The translations under genes were made by a program, and so were the position numbers. 51,929 bases of DNA from an uncultured Chromatiales bacterium (GTDB lineage: Bacteria; Pseudomonadota; Gammaproteobacteria; Chromatiales; Chromatiaceae): the NCBI GenBank assembly GCA_965365625.1, contig CBDUCL010000001.1, positions 1 to 51,929 on the forward strand. Direction: 5' to 3'. Numbering within the stretch: the first letter of the stretch is position 1; every line of letters begins with the position of its first letter. This document shows, piece by piece, positions 1 to 8,675 of the stretch. The notes under the pieces are model-generated. The model was not told the origin of the DNA. It saw only the letters and a program-made list of their open reading frames with translations, and ran no database searches.

Positions 1-2
1 CG

Positions 3-116
3 GGTTGCACCATGCTGTTGGCCAGACCCGATGCACTGTTTCGGCGCTCCAACCGGCATGGCCGGAAACTCTTCGATTTTTATAACCTGACTGTGGGGTC
101 GAAGCCCGGGTCCTGA
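3..116 (+). CDS. possible 3' end of an unidentified CDS entering from the left window edge (partial)
   Basis: Frame 3 is open from the edge to TGA at 114-116 (...MLLARPDALFRRSNRHGRKLFDFYNLTVGSKPGS*). It is too short to identify. A minus-strand ATG at 59 reading leftwards is an equally possible alternative. Confidence 0.15.
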   Translation, partial: GCTMLLARPDALFRRSNRHGRKLFDFYNLTVGSKPGS

Positions 117-341
117 CGCTCAGTATGCTTGCGGGATGCAGCCAATTCTCGTCGTAATATTGCGGTAATCTGTGGCTTGTATGTTCTGAACTCCGGGCCC
201 TAAGCCGGGCTTGGCAAGTCGATACTCGGAACGTCGGCCGGTCGCGCATGACTTTCTCCCCCTCTCTGTGCGGCGGGTTGGAGCCGAGGTGTTCGGCGAT
301 CGGGCGTTGTTCCGAAATGCTCGGTCTTCGCGTCGCTTGAT

Positions 342-367
342 CCGGGGCTTCGGCCCCGGTTTTTTTT
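342..367 (+). terminator. rho-independent terminator (orphan, no assigned upstream gene)
   Basis: Perfect 7-bp GC stem CCGGGGC (342-348) / GCCCCGG (353-359) with TTCG loop, followed directly by 8 T (360-367). Confidence 0.8.
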
Positions 368-443
368 CGACTCAGGCCCATCGCTCGGGCATAATTTCGA
401 CTAAAAATAATAAGGTTGGCCAAGAGTCACTGGGGGAGGAGAG

Positions 444-1502
444 ATGCATCCACATCGCGTGAGTTTTCGTTATCTGTCCCAGGAGGATCTGCTACAGGCG
501 GGCTGCTTCGATATCCGTATGGCCATGGAGGTGGCGGAACAGGCGATGCTGGCGTTCGAGGACCAGCGCATTATGTTTCCCGAGAAGATCGTGCAGATCT
601 TCAATCAGGCCAGCCAAGAGCGCATCAACTGCCTGCCCGCTACCCTACTCGACGAACAGGTGTGCGGCGTCAAGTGGGTGTCGGTGTTCCCGCGCAATCC
701 GGAGCGCCATGGGGTGCAGAACCTGTCGGCCATCTTGGTATTGTCAGAGATCGAGCGCGGCTTCCCGATCGCAGTGATGGACGGCACCCTAGCATCGAAT
801 ATGCGGGTCGCGGCCATGGGCGCCATCGCGGCCAAGCACCTGGCGCGCCGGAGCCCCGAAACCATCGGGTTCATCGGCGCCGGCGAGCAGGCCAAGATGC
901 ACCTGTTGTCGATGAAGCTGGTGCGCCCGAGCCTGCGCGAATGCCGGGTGTCGGCCAAGACCCTGGTTGAGGAGGAGCGCTTTATCGCCGAACTCTCGCC
1001 CCTATTCCCAGACATGGAGTTCGTCGCCGCCCAAACCCACGGTCGAGCCGCCATGGACGGGGCGGATATCCTGGTTACCGCCACCAGCGCCCAGGCGCCC
1101 CTGCTGAAGGCGGCTTGGATGCAGCCGGGGGCCTTCTATAGCCATATCGGCGGCTGGGAGGACGAATACGCCGTAGCCCAGCAGTGCGACAAGATCGTCT
1201 GTGACGACTGGGCCACCGTCTGCCACCGCACCCAGACCCTTAGCCGCATGTACGGCGAAGGCCTGATCTCCGGCCACGATATCCACGCCGATCTGCACCA
1301 GCTGGTGTCGGGCCGCGTGCCAGGGCGCGAATCCGACGCGGAGCGCATCTATTTCAATGCGGTCGGCCTGGCCTATATCGATGTGGCTATCGCCCTGGCC
1401 ATGTACCGGCGAGCCCTATCGGCGGGCGTCGGGCAGGAACTTGATCTGCAGCAGTGCATGATCTTCGAGCATCCGGATATCATGAGCCGGGTGCGTCTCT
1501 GA
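444..1502 (+). CDS. ornithine cyclodeaminase / mu-crystallin family protein
   Basis: 352-aa ORF with a strong purine-rich RBS (gggggaggagag) just upstream of ATG 444. It has the Rossmann motif IGFIGAGEQA and OCD-family blocks (VKWVSVFPRNP, ILVTATSA, FNAVGLAYIDVA). Confidence 0.85.
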   Translation: MHPHRVSFRYLSQEDLLQAGCFDIRMAMEVAEQAMLAFEDQRIMFPEKIVQIFNQASQERINCLPATLLDEQVCGVKWVSVFPRNPERHGVQNLSAILVLSEIERGFPIAVMDGTLASNMRVAAMGAIAAKHLARRSPETIGFIGAGEQAKMHLLSMKLVRPSLRECRVSAKTLVEEERFIAELSPLFPDMEFVAAQTHGRAAMDGADILVTATSAQAPLLKAAWMQPGAFYSHIGGWEDEYAVAQQCDKIVCDDWATVCHRTQTLSRMYGEGLISGHDIHADLHQLVSGRVPGRESDAERIYFNAVGLAYIDVAIALAMYRRALSAGVGQELDLQQCMIFEHPDIMSRVRL

Positions 1503-1568
1503 CCCCCGGTCGGCGGGGGACCATTCCGCAGTAATCGCGGCCTGCGGGCCGCCGCGCGAGCCGCTACC

Positions 1569-1889
1569 ATGTTTCGACCCCTGCATGACCAGCACCAGGA
1601 TCTGGTGACGGTGATTATCGAAGGCCAAGCGGTGGCGGTGCCCCGCGGCCAGAGTGTGGCTGCCGCCGTCCTGACGCAGGGCCTGATCCCAACCCGCACC
1701 ACCCCCGAGCTGGGTACTCCCCGGGCTCCCCTGTGCATGATGGGGGTCTGTTTCGATTGCCTGATGGTGATCGACGGGCAACCCAACCGCCAGGCCTGTC
1801 AGGTGGTGGTGGCCGAGGGCATGCGCATCGAGCGTCAGCAGGGCACGGGGCGTGACTGGCCCCCACCGCCGGGGTTGGCGCATGACTGA
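1569..1889 (+). CDS. small (2Fe-2S)-binding subunit, HcnA / opine-oxidase / sarcosine-oxidase-alpha N-terminal type
   Basis: 106-aa ORF with Cys pattern C-x4-C-x2-C-x12-C (CMMGVCFDCLMVIDGQPNRQAC). Its stop overlaps the next gene's start by 8 nt (ATGACTGA). Confidence 0.75.
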   Translation: MFRPLHDQHQDLVTVIIEGQAVAVPRGQSVAAAVLTQGLIPTRTTPELGTPRAPLCMMGVCFDCLMVIDGQPNRQACQVVVAEGMRIERQQGTGRDWPPPPGLAHD

Positions 1890-3285
1890 GCGCTATCCCC
1901 TGGCCATTATCGGCGCCGGTCCCGCCGGTCTCGCGGCGGCTGCCCTCGCTGCCGGCCAGGGACTGGAACTGGCCCTGTTCGACGAGCAGCTGGCGCCGGG
2001 GGGGCAGATCTATCGGGGCATCGAATCGGTGCCGGAGGGCCGGGCCGCGGTATTGGGCGGAGAATACGACCGCGGCCTGGCCCTGGTGGAGGCGATGCGG
2101 GCCAGGGGTATACGCTATTTCCCCGAATGTAGGGTCTGGTCTCTGGAGCCGGGTCCGGACGGCCTGGCGCTTGGCCTCGAACAGCGCGGCCAGGCCCGGG
2201 TGGTGCAGGCCGAGCGGGTGCTGCTCGCCAACGGTGCCATGGAGCGGCCGCTGCCTTTCCCCGGTTGGACCCTGCCCGGGGTGATGAACGCCGGTGCCGG
2301 CCAAATCCTGCTCAAGGCCGAGGGCCTGGTGCCGGAGGACGGGGTGGTGATCGCCGGCTGCGGGCCCCTGTTGTGGCTGCTGGCCTGGCAGTACCTGCGC
2401 TGCGGGGTGCAGGTGCAGGCCATTCTCGATATGGCGCCGCCGTCCAATCGCCTGCGCGCCCTGCCACGGCTGCCACGGGCGCTGCTGACCCATCACTACA
2501 TTGCCAAGGGGCTGGGCTACGAGCGCGACCTAAAGCGCGCCGGGGTGCCGATTCTGCGCGGCGTGCAGGGGCTGCGCGCGCTGGGCGGCGAGCGGCTGGA
2601 GGCGGTCGGTTTCCGCCGCGGCCGCCAGCAGCGGCAGCTCGAATGTGGACTGCTGTTGGTTCACTTCGGGCTGGTTCCCAATACCCACCTGAGCCGTGCC
2701 GCCGGCTGTAACCACGGGTGGGATCGGGCCCAGCAGTGCTGGCGTCCCCGCAGTGACCAATGGGGGCGTTCCAGCGTCGAGGGTCTGCTGTTGGCCGGCG
2801 ACGGCGCGGGCATCTTCGGCGCCCGCAGTGCCGAGCATGCCGGGCGCCTGGCCGCCTGCGAGGCCCTGCACTCGCTGGGCCTGGTCAAGCGTGCCGAGCG
2901 CGATCGCCTGGCCGCAGCCGACCGCCGCTGGCTGCGAGCCGACCGCCATGTGCGGCCGTTCCTGGAGTCCCTGTTTCGGCTCCCGGAGCGGTTGTTGCAG
3001 GTGGCGGACGACGACACCATCGTGTGCCGCTGCGAGGAGGTAAGCGCCGGTCAGATCCGAGCGGCGGCGGCGGATGGCCACCTCGACAGCAACCAGGTCA
3101 AGTTCCTCACCCGCTGTGGCATGGGACCCTGCCAGGGCCGCCAATGCGCCGATGCGGTGGCGCAGGTGCTGGCGGCCGAACTCGGGCTGCCGGTGAGCGA
3201 GGCCGGTCATTACCGGGTACGCCCGCCGGCCAAGCCCCTGAGCCTGGGGCAGCTGGCCGCGCTGTATCCCGAGGCGACCGAATGA
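1882..3285 (+). CDS. FAD/NAD(P)-binding oxidoreductase with BFD-like [2Fe-2S] domain (HcnB / OoxA-like subunit)
   Basis: Start moved to ATG 1882 (MTERYPLAIIGAGPAGLAAA dinucleotide fold). There is a second Rossmann-like motif VIAGCGPLL and a C-terminal Cys cluster CRCEEV...CGMGPCQGRQC. Confidence 0.8.
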   Translation: MTERYPLAIIGAGPAGLAAAALAAGQGLELALFDEQLAPGGQIYRGIESVPEGRAAVLGGEYDRGLALVEAMRARGIRYFPECRVWSLEPGPDGLALGLEQRGQARVVQAERVLLANGAMERPLPFPGWTLPGVMNAGAGQILLKAEGLVPEDGVVIAGCGPLLWLLAWQYLRCGVQVQAILDMAPPSNRLRALPRLPRALLTHHYIAKGLGYERDLKRAGVPILRGVQGLRALGGERLEAVGFRRGRQQRQLECGLLLVHFGLVPNTHLSRAAGCNHGWDRAQQCWRPRSDQWGRSSVEGLLLAGDGAGIFGARSAEHAGRLAACEALHSLGLVKRAERDRLAAADRRWLRADRHVRPFLESLFRLPERLLQVADDDTIVCRCEEVSAGQIRAAAADGHLDSNQVKFLTRCGMGPCQGRQCADAVAQVLAAELGLPVSEAGHYRVRPPAKPLSLGQLAALYPEATE

Positions 3286-4403
3286 AGGCCGACGCCTTGA
3301 TCATCGGCGGCGGCCTGATGGGTTCGTCCACTGCCCTCTACCTGGCCCGGCGCGGGATGCGCAGTCTGGTGCTGGAGAAGGATAGCCCCGGGCGCCATGC
3401 CTCGGGGGTGAATGCCGGTGGACTGCGGCGGCTCAATCGGCACCCGGCGGAGATCCCGCTGAGCGTCGCCGCCGCCGAAGTCTGGGCGCATATCGAGACC
3501 CTGGTGGACTCCGACTGCGATGCCCGGTTCAGCGCCCAGGTGCGGGTGGCGGAGAACGACGCCGAGATGAAGCGCCTGGCCGAGCGCGCCGAACTGGTGC
3601 GCAGTCTTGGCTACGATCACGAAGAGCTGATTGGGCGCGCCGAACTCTATCGCTTGGTGCCGGCCCTGGCGCGCCACTGCCAAGGGGCCCTGGTATGCCG
3701 AGGCGATGGCTACGGGCGGCCGTTTCACGCCCTGACCGCTTTTCGCCGCAAGGCCCGCTCCCTGGGGGTGGAGTACCGGTCCGGGGCCCGGGTGGACGCC
3801 ATCGAACGGGTGGGCCAGGAATGGCGGCTGAGCACTCCGGCCGGGACCTTCCGAGCCCCGCTCCTGGTCAATTGCGCCGGCGCCTGGGCGGGGCGGGTGG
3901 CCGAGCAATTGGGCGACCCGATGCCGCTGCACCCGGCCGCGCCCATGATGATGGTCAGCGAACGCCTGCCCCGGTTCATCGAGCCGGTGCTGGGGGCGGC
4001 CGGGCGCAAGCTTTCGTTCAAGCAGATGCAGAACGGCACCCTGCTGATCGGCGGCGCCCACCTGGCCGAGCTGGACTTCGCCCGCGGTCGCACCCGCCTC
4101 GATTGGGCCAAGCTCGCGGTTAGCGCGCGCAGTGCCCTGGCCCTGTTCCCCCAACTGCGGGAGGTGCGCATCGTGCGCGCTTGGGCCGGAATCGAGGCCT
4201 TTACGCCGGACGGCATCCCGGTGATCGGTCCCAGCCGCTCGGCCGCCGATGCCTGGCATGCATTCGGTTTCTGCGCCCACGGCTTCCAACTCTCGCCGGT
4301 GGTCGGCCGCATCCTGTCCGAGCTGATTCTCGACGGGCGCAGCGAGCTGCCAATCGCGCCTTTCGCCATCGAACGTTTCGCCGGCGTGGCGGAAAACCCC
4401 TAA
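3282..4403 (+). CDS. FAD-dependent oxidoreductase, DAO family (HcnC / OoxB / D-amino-acid dehydrogenase-like subunit)
   Basis: ATG 3282 overlaps the upstream TGA (ATGA). N-terminus is MKADALIIGGGLMGSSTALYLARRG, a DAO-type FAD fold. The ORF-track version starting at 2760 is an out-of-context N-terminal extension lying over the previous gene. Confidence 0.85.
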   Translation: MKADALIIGGGLMGSSTALYLARRGMRSLVLEKDSPGRHASGVNAGGLRRLNRHPAEIPLSVAAAEVWAHIETLVDSDCDARFSAQVRVAENDAEMKRLAERAELVRSLGYDHEELIGRAELYRLVPALARHCQGALVCRGDGYGRPFHALTAFRRKARSLGVEYRSGARVDAIERVGQEWRLSTPAGTFRAPLLVNCAGAWAGRVAEQLGDPMPLHPAAPMMMVSERLPRFIEPVLGAAGRKLSFKQMQNGTLLIGGAHLAELDFARGRTRLDWAKLAVSARSALALFPQLREVRIVRAWAGIEAFTPDGIPVIGPSRSAADAWHAFGFCAHGFQLSPVVGRILSELILDGRSELPIAPFAIERFAGVAENP

Positions 4404-4653
4404 AAGACCCAGCCTAACCCCTCTTGCATTTCGCGTCAGAGCACCTAATCTCTGATCTAAACCTGACTGTTTTGGTCGGGATTAGAAAGGGGTAGGAAAT
4501 GACCAGCAAATATCCTGCAAACAGGCGTAGCGATCGTCTGTTCCGGCGGCTCAAATGGTTCCTTTCCGCATGCTCCGTGGCGGGGACATCATTCTTCGTA
4601 GTTTATTTAGAGACGGCCAGGTGAAACGGGGGCGGTATCCGGACGAAGCTAGC

Positions 4654-6732
4654 TTAACCGGGGGGTTTCAGGCTCGGTCTCGCCGCCGCCGGAAACAGGA
4701 AAGTAGCCGAATTAGCCGGAGCATGCAGGCGCGCTGCCGGTTCGCTGGATCCGTCGATCAGCAGAGGCCTGGCTCGAGTTTCTGGCGCTGGCAGGCGCTG
4801 ACGCAGGCTTCGGCTGTCGTCGATCAACTGGGACCTGGGGGCGTCGAACGTGCCCAGGGTCTGAGGGAAGTTGAACAGTCCAAGCATTCGCCGCCGGCTC
4901 TGGGCGGAGACGCTCCCCAGCCAGAGCGGTTCGCCGCGCGGTAGTAACTGTACGTTGGCGGGCCAAAGCCGCAACACCAGCCGCCCGCCTCCCTCCAGCT
5001 CCTTTTCAAGGGCCAGGGATTCATGCCGACCGTCGTGTACTTGGGGCAGCACCGGTAGTTCCTGCAGCGTCAGCGAGGGGGATAGCAGGTGCAGCAGGTT
5101 GTGCCAGCCGAGCGGTTCGGCAGGGCGCCAGCCGGCGGGCTCGAGGGCCTGCTGCAAGGTCGCCAGGGCGCCGGCGTACTGGAAATTGAACGGGTGTTCG
5201 CCCCGGCCCCGAAGATCGGTGCGCAAATGCGGCATTTCTTGCCAGCCATCGAGCCACCAGTCTGCCAGGGTCATTTGGGTCAGGTCGCGTTGCGGGGTGT
5301 AGGCCGCGACTTGTTGCTGATGGTAAAGCCCGCTCTGGAGGCCAAGCCCGAGGCATAAGGCGGCTATTGACACGGCACTCAAGGCTGGCCATCCGGTCGC
5401 CAATCGACTGTGGCGGCGGTATGCGATGCCGAGGGCGGAGATCCAGATCAACCCCAGGGTCAGGGCGCCGAGTACGTCCGAGAGCCAGTGCACCCCCAGG
5501 TACAGGCGTGCCACCGCCACGCAGGCGGTTGCCAGGCCGGCCAACGCATAGGGAAGCCAGCGCCAACGCGGGCTCACGGCGCGGGCGATGAGCACCGCCA
5601 GGAAGCCGTAGACCACCGTGGCCCGCAATACATGGGCGCTGGGAAAGGCGTAGGGCCCGAGCCCGGGCACGCCGCTGTCCGGTCGTGGGATCTGCACCAG
5701 ATATTTGACCAGGGGGGCGGCCAGCAGGGCGAAGGCGAGCGCCGCAAGCCAGTGGCCGGCACTGGACCAGTCGCGGCGCCAAGCCAGCAGCACCAGCACC
5801 GCCGCCCCCAAGCCAAGCATCGGGGCCAGATCGCCCAGGCGGCTGAAGCTCACCAGCAGATGGTCGGCCCAGGGGGTGCGCAGGCTCTGCAGGGTCTGCC
5901 ACAGCATCTGGTCCAGGCTCTGGGTCTCCCCGGTTCCGAGCACCGCCGTAAGAACCAGGGCGAAAAGCACGGTGGCGGTCAATAGCAGGCTGGCGAACAG
6001 GGCCAGGCCCCGGCCCTCCCGATGATCGGGGTTGGCCAGAGCGTTGCCGATCTCCCCCAACCGGGGGTGCAACTGGCTCCAAAGCAGCAATCGGCCCACC
6101 AAGGCGCCAGCCCGGGGGTGGATGAGGCGGAACACCCGCTTCACCAGCCAGGCCACGAACCAAAGTAGGGCGATCAGCAGCACCAGCAGTGCCACCAGGC
6201 GGAAAGCGACCTCGGAGGCCAACTCCAAGGAGGCGCCGAATACCATCCCCGGCAGCAGGTAGGCCGGGGCCCAGGCCAGAGCGGAGCCGATATTGGCGGC
6301 CAGAAAACGGGCCGGGGACATGCCGAGCATGCCCGCTACTAGGGGAACCACCGCCCGTACCGGCCCGACGAAGCGGCCGAACACTATGCTCTTGCCGCCG
6401 TAGCGCTGGAAGAAGCGCACCCCCTGGTCGAGCATTTCCGGGTGGCGGGAAAAGGGCCAGAAACCCCTCAGCTGTTGCTGGTAGTGGCGGCCGAGGAAAA
6501 AACTCAGCCCGTCGCCCAGCACCGCACCCGCCACCGCCCAGATCAAGGTGGGCCAAAACTCCAGTGCCCCGGCGCTGATCAATGCGCCAATCCCAAACAT
6601 CATCGCCACTCCGGGCACAATCACCCCGACGATGGCCAGGGACTCGGCCATCGCCACCAGGCATACGATCAGCCCGGCCCACACCGGGTGCAGGGAGACC
6701 CAGGCCAGCAGCTGGTCGAACAGGGCGCCCAC
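4654..6732 (-). CDS. DedA-family membrane domain fused to PAP2 phosphatase and a C-terminal soluble domain
   Basis: 692-aa ORF with GTG start. It has an N-terminal DedA/SNARE-associated region (GDGLSFFLGR, FGRFVGPVRAVVP) and central PAP2 motifs (PSAHV, GVHWLSDVLGA). The last ~200 aa are non-membrane. It lies 16 nt downstream of hemL on the same strand. Confidence 0.8.
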   Translation of the reverse strand: MGALFDQLLAWVSLHPVWAGLIVCLVAMAESLAIVGVIVPGVAMMFGIGALISAGALEFWPTLIWAVAGAVLGDGLSFFLGRHYQQQLRGFWPFSRHPEMLDQGVRFFQRYGGKSIVFGRFVGPVRAVVPLVAGMLGMSPARFLAANIGSALAWAPAYLLPGMVFGASLELASEVAFRLVALLVLLIALLWFVAWLVKRVFRLIHPRAGALVGRLLLWSQLHPRLGEIGNALANPDHREGRGLALFASLLLTATVLFALVLTAVLGTGETQSLDQMLWQTLQSLRTPWADHLLVSFSRLGDLAPMLGLGAAVLVLLAWRRDWSSAGHWLAALAFALLAAPLVKYLVQIPRPDSGVPGLGPYAFPSAHVLRATVVYGFLAVLIARAVSPRWRWLPYALAGLATACVAVARLYLGVHWLSDVLGALTLGLIWISALGIAYRRHSRLATGWPALSAVSIAALCLGLGLQSGLYHQQQVAAYTPQRDLTQMTLADWWLDGWQEMPHLRTDLRGRGEHPFNFQYAGALATLQQALEPAGWRPAEPLGWHNLLHLLSPSLTLQELPVLPQVHDGRHESLALEKELEGGGRLVLRLWPANVQLLPRGEPLWLGSVSAQSRRRMLGLFNFPQTLGTFDAPRSQLIDDSRSLRQRLPAPETRARPLLIDGSSEPAARLHAPANSATFLFPAAARPSLKPPG

Positions 6733-6748
6733 GGCGGCGCTGGCGCGC

Positions 6749-8035
6749 CTAGCGGGTCAGCGTCGAAAAGGCGCCGGCGGCCGCTTCCAGGCTGGCGTCG
6801 ATATCGGCCTCACTGTGGGCTGCGGAAACGAAGCCGGCCTCGAAGGCGGAGGGCGCGAGATAGACCCCGCGTTCCAGCATGGCGTGGAAGAAGCCTCGGA
6901 AGCGCTCCTGGTCGCAGCCGGTGGCACCGGCGAAGTCGCTGACCGGGCCGGCGTCGGTGAAGAAGATGCCGAACATGCCGCCGACCCGGTTGGCGCTCAG
7001 GGGGATGCCCGCCGTCGAAGCGGCTGCCAGCAGGCCGTCCACCAGGCGCTCGGTGCGCGCGCCCAGGTCTTGGTAAAAACCTGGGGTGGATATCAACTCC
7101 AGGGTCTTGAGCCCGGCGGCCATGGCCACCGGGTTACCGGAAAGGGTACCGGCCTGGTAGACCGGGCCCAGGGGGGCGATGCGCTCCATCACTTCGCGGC
7201 GACCACCGAAGGCCCCAACCGGCATGCCGCCGCCGATCACCTTGCCCAGGGTGGTCAGGTCCGGGCGCACGCCATAGAGCCCCTGGGCCCCGCCCAGCGC
7301 TACCCGAAAGCCGGTCATCACCTCGTCGAAGATCAACAGGGTGTCGTATTGTTCGCAGACCCGGCGCAGGCCTTCGAGAAAGCCCGGCTGCGGCGGGATG
7401 CAGTTCATATTGCCGGCCACGGGTTCGACGATGATGCAGGCGACCTCGCCGCCAACCGCGGCGAAGGTCTGCTCGACCTGCTCGAGGTCGTTGTAATTCA
7501 GGGTGATGGTCTGCTCGGCCAAGGCCGCCGGGACCCCGGGGGAGCTGGGTTCGCCCAGGGTCAGGGCGCCGGAGCCGGCCTTTACCAGCAGGGAGTCGGA
7601 GTGGCCGTGGTAGCAGCCCTCGAACTTGACGATCTTGTCACGCCCGGTGTAGCCGCGGGCCAGGCGGATGGCGCTCATGGTGGCTTCGGTGCCCGAGCTG
7701 ACCATGCGCACCAGCTCCATTGAAGGCACCAGTTCGCACACCAGGTCCGCCATCCTGGTCTCGCCCTCGGTGGGGGCTCCGAAGCTCAGGCCCCGGTCCA
7801 CCGCGGCATGCACCGCCTGAATAACCTCCGGGTGGGCATGGCCGAGCACCATCGGGCCCCAGGATCCGACGTAGTCGATATAGCGCTGGCCATCCGCATC
7901 GAACAGGTAGGCGCCCGCCGCTCGGTCGATGAAAACCGGATCGCCGCCGACCCCGCGGAACGCCCGCACCGGCGAATTGACGCCGCCGGGAATGTGCTGC
8001 TGGGCTTGCTGAAACAGGTCATGGGATCGGCTCAT
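6749..8035 (-). CDS. hemL: glutamate-1-semialdehyde 2,1-aminomutase
   Basis: Start moved from 8158 to ATG 8035 ([26 protein letters not shown]...), giving 428 aa. Class-III aminotransferase blocks are present ([26 protein letters not shown]). Confidence 0.95.
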   Translation of the reverse strand: MSRSHDLFQQAQQHIPGGVNSPVRAFRGVGGDPVFIDRAAGAYLFDADGQRYIDYVGSWGPMVLGHAHPEVIQAVHAAVDRGLSFGAPTEGETRMADLVCELVPSMELVRMVSSGTEATMSAIRLARGYTGRDKIVKFEGCYHGHSDSLLVKAGSGALTLGEPSSPGVPAALAEQTITLNYNDLEQVEQTFAAVGGEVACIIVEPVAGNMNCIPPQPGFLEGLRRVCEQYDTLLIFDEVMTGFRVALGGAQGLYGVRPDLTTLGKVIGGGMPVGAFGGRREVMERIAPLGPVYQAGTLSGNPVAMAAGLKTLELISTPGFYQDLGARTERLVDGLLAAASTAGIPLSANRVGGMFGIFFTDAGPVSDFAGATGCDQERFRGFFHAMLERGVYLAPSAFEAGFVSAAHSEADIDASLEAAAGAFSTLTR

Positions 8036-8675
8036 CGGTATCCTCCGGGTGAAAGCAACGGTCGAATGCGCGGGCGGCACGGCCTGGGTGGGGTTGGCCA
8101 AAGACCCCGTGGATGACCGCCAACATGTCGGCCCCGGCGCGCACCAGGGCGCGGCCATTTTCCGGGGTTATGCCGCCTATGGCAACCAGGGGCAGGTAGA
8201 GCTCCCGGCGCGCGGCCCGCAGCAGCTCGATTCCGGCGGGCACCGCCCCGGGCTTGCTACGGGAGAAGAAGAAGCGGCCAAAGGCCAGGTAGTCGGCCCC
8301 CGCGGCTTGGGCGGCCCGGGCCCGGTCCAGGCGGTCGTAACAGGAGACGCCGATGATTGCGCTCGGGCCAAGGAGGCGACGCGCCAGGTGCAGGGCACTG
8401 TCATCGCGTCCCAGGTGGACTCCGTCGGCCTCCACCTCGGCGGCCAGCCGCGGGTCGTCGTTGATGATCAGGGGCACCCGGTGGCGGTGGCACAGCTGGG
8501 CCAGGGCCGTCGCCTCTTCCTGGCGGCGCGCTGGGTCCTCGCTCTTGTCCCGGTACTGAACCCATCGCGCGCCTCCGGCGATGGCGGCGGCCACCTCTTC
8601 GCTCAGGGCCTGGGTGCCTTTCTGGGTCGGGCGAGTGATGACGTAGAGCCCGCCCCAAGGGCGCTCCGGCCTCAC
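8019..8675 (-). CDS. thiE: thiamine-phosphate synthase
   Basis: ThiE-like translation (GLYVIT..., [32 protein letters not shown]). The preferred start is GTG 8675, which overlaps the thiD stop (GTGA). The ORF-track start at 8741 would overlap thiD by 70 nt. The 3' end overlaps the hemL start by 17 nt. Confidence 0.85.
   Translation of the reverse strand: MRPERPWGGLYVITRPTQKGTQALSEEVAAAIAGGARWVQYRDKSEDPARRQEEATALAQLCHRHRVPLIINDDPRLAAEVEADGVHLGRDDSALHLARRLLGPSAIIGVSCYDRLDRARAAQAAGADYLAFGRFFFSRSKPGAVPAGIELLRAARRELYLPLVAIGGITPENGRALVRAGADMLAVIHGVFGQPHPGRAARAFDRCFHPEDTDEPIP

Noticed and set aside
211-462. 83-aa plus-strand ORF upstream of the OCD gene
   Set aside because: It reads straight through the strong terminator at 342-367 and into the OCD gene's RBS and start. 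It has an Arg-rich composition.
2760-3281. N-terminal 174-aa extension of the DAO-type oxidoreductase ORF (track start 2760)
   Set aside because: The extension overlaps the preceding gene completely. The FAD-binding N-terminus begins at ATG 3282, which forms an ATGA overlap with the upstream stop.
5021-6682. 553-aa minus-strand ORF, plus several plus-strand ORFs (4871..5302, 5410..5985, 6189..6578, 6442..6942), overlapping the DedA-PAP2 gene
   Set aside because: These are alternative frames of a gene whose chosen frame shows clear DedA and PAP2 motifs and TM helices. Their products are Arg/Pro/Gly-rich with no motifs.
6548-7723. 391-aa plus-strand ORF antisense to hemL
   Set aside because: hemL on the minus strand is unambiguous. 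The antisense product is Gly/Ala/Asp/His-rich shadow sequence.
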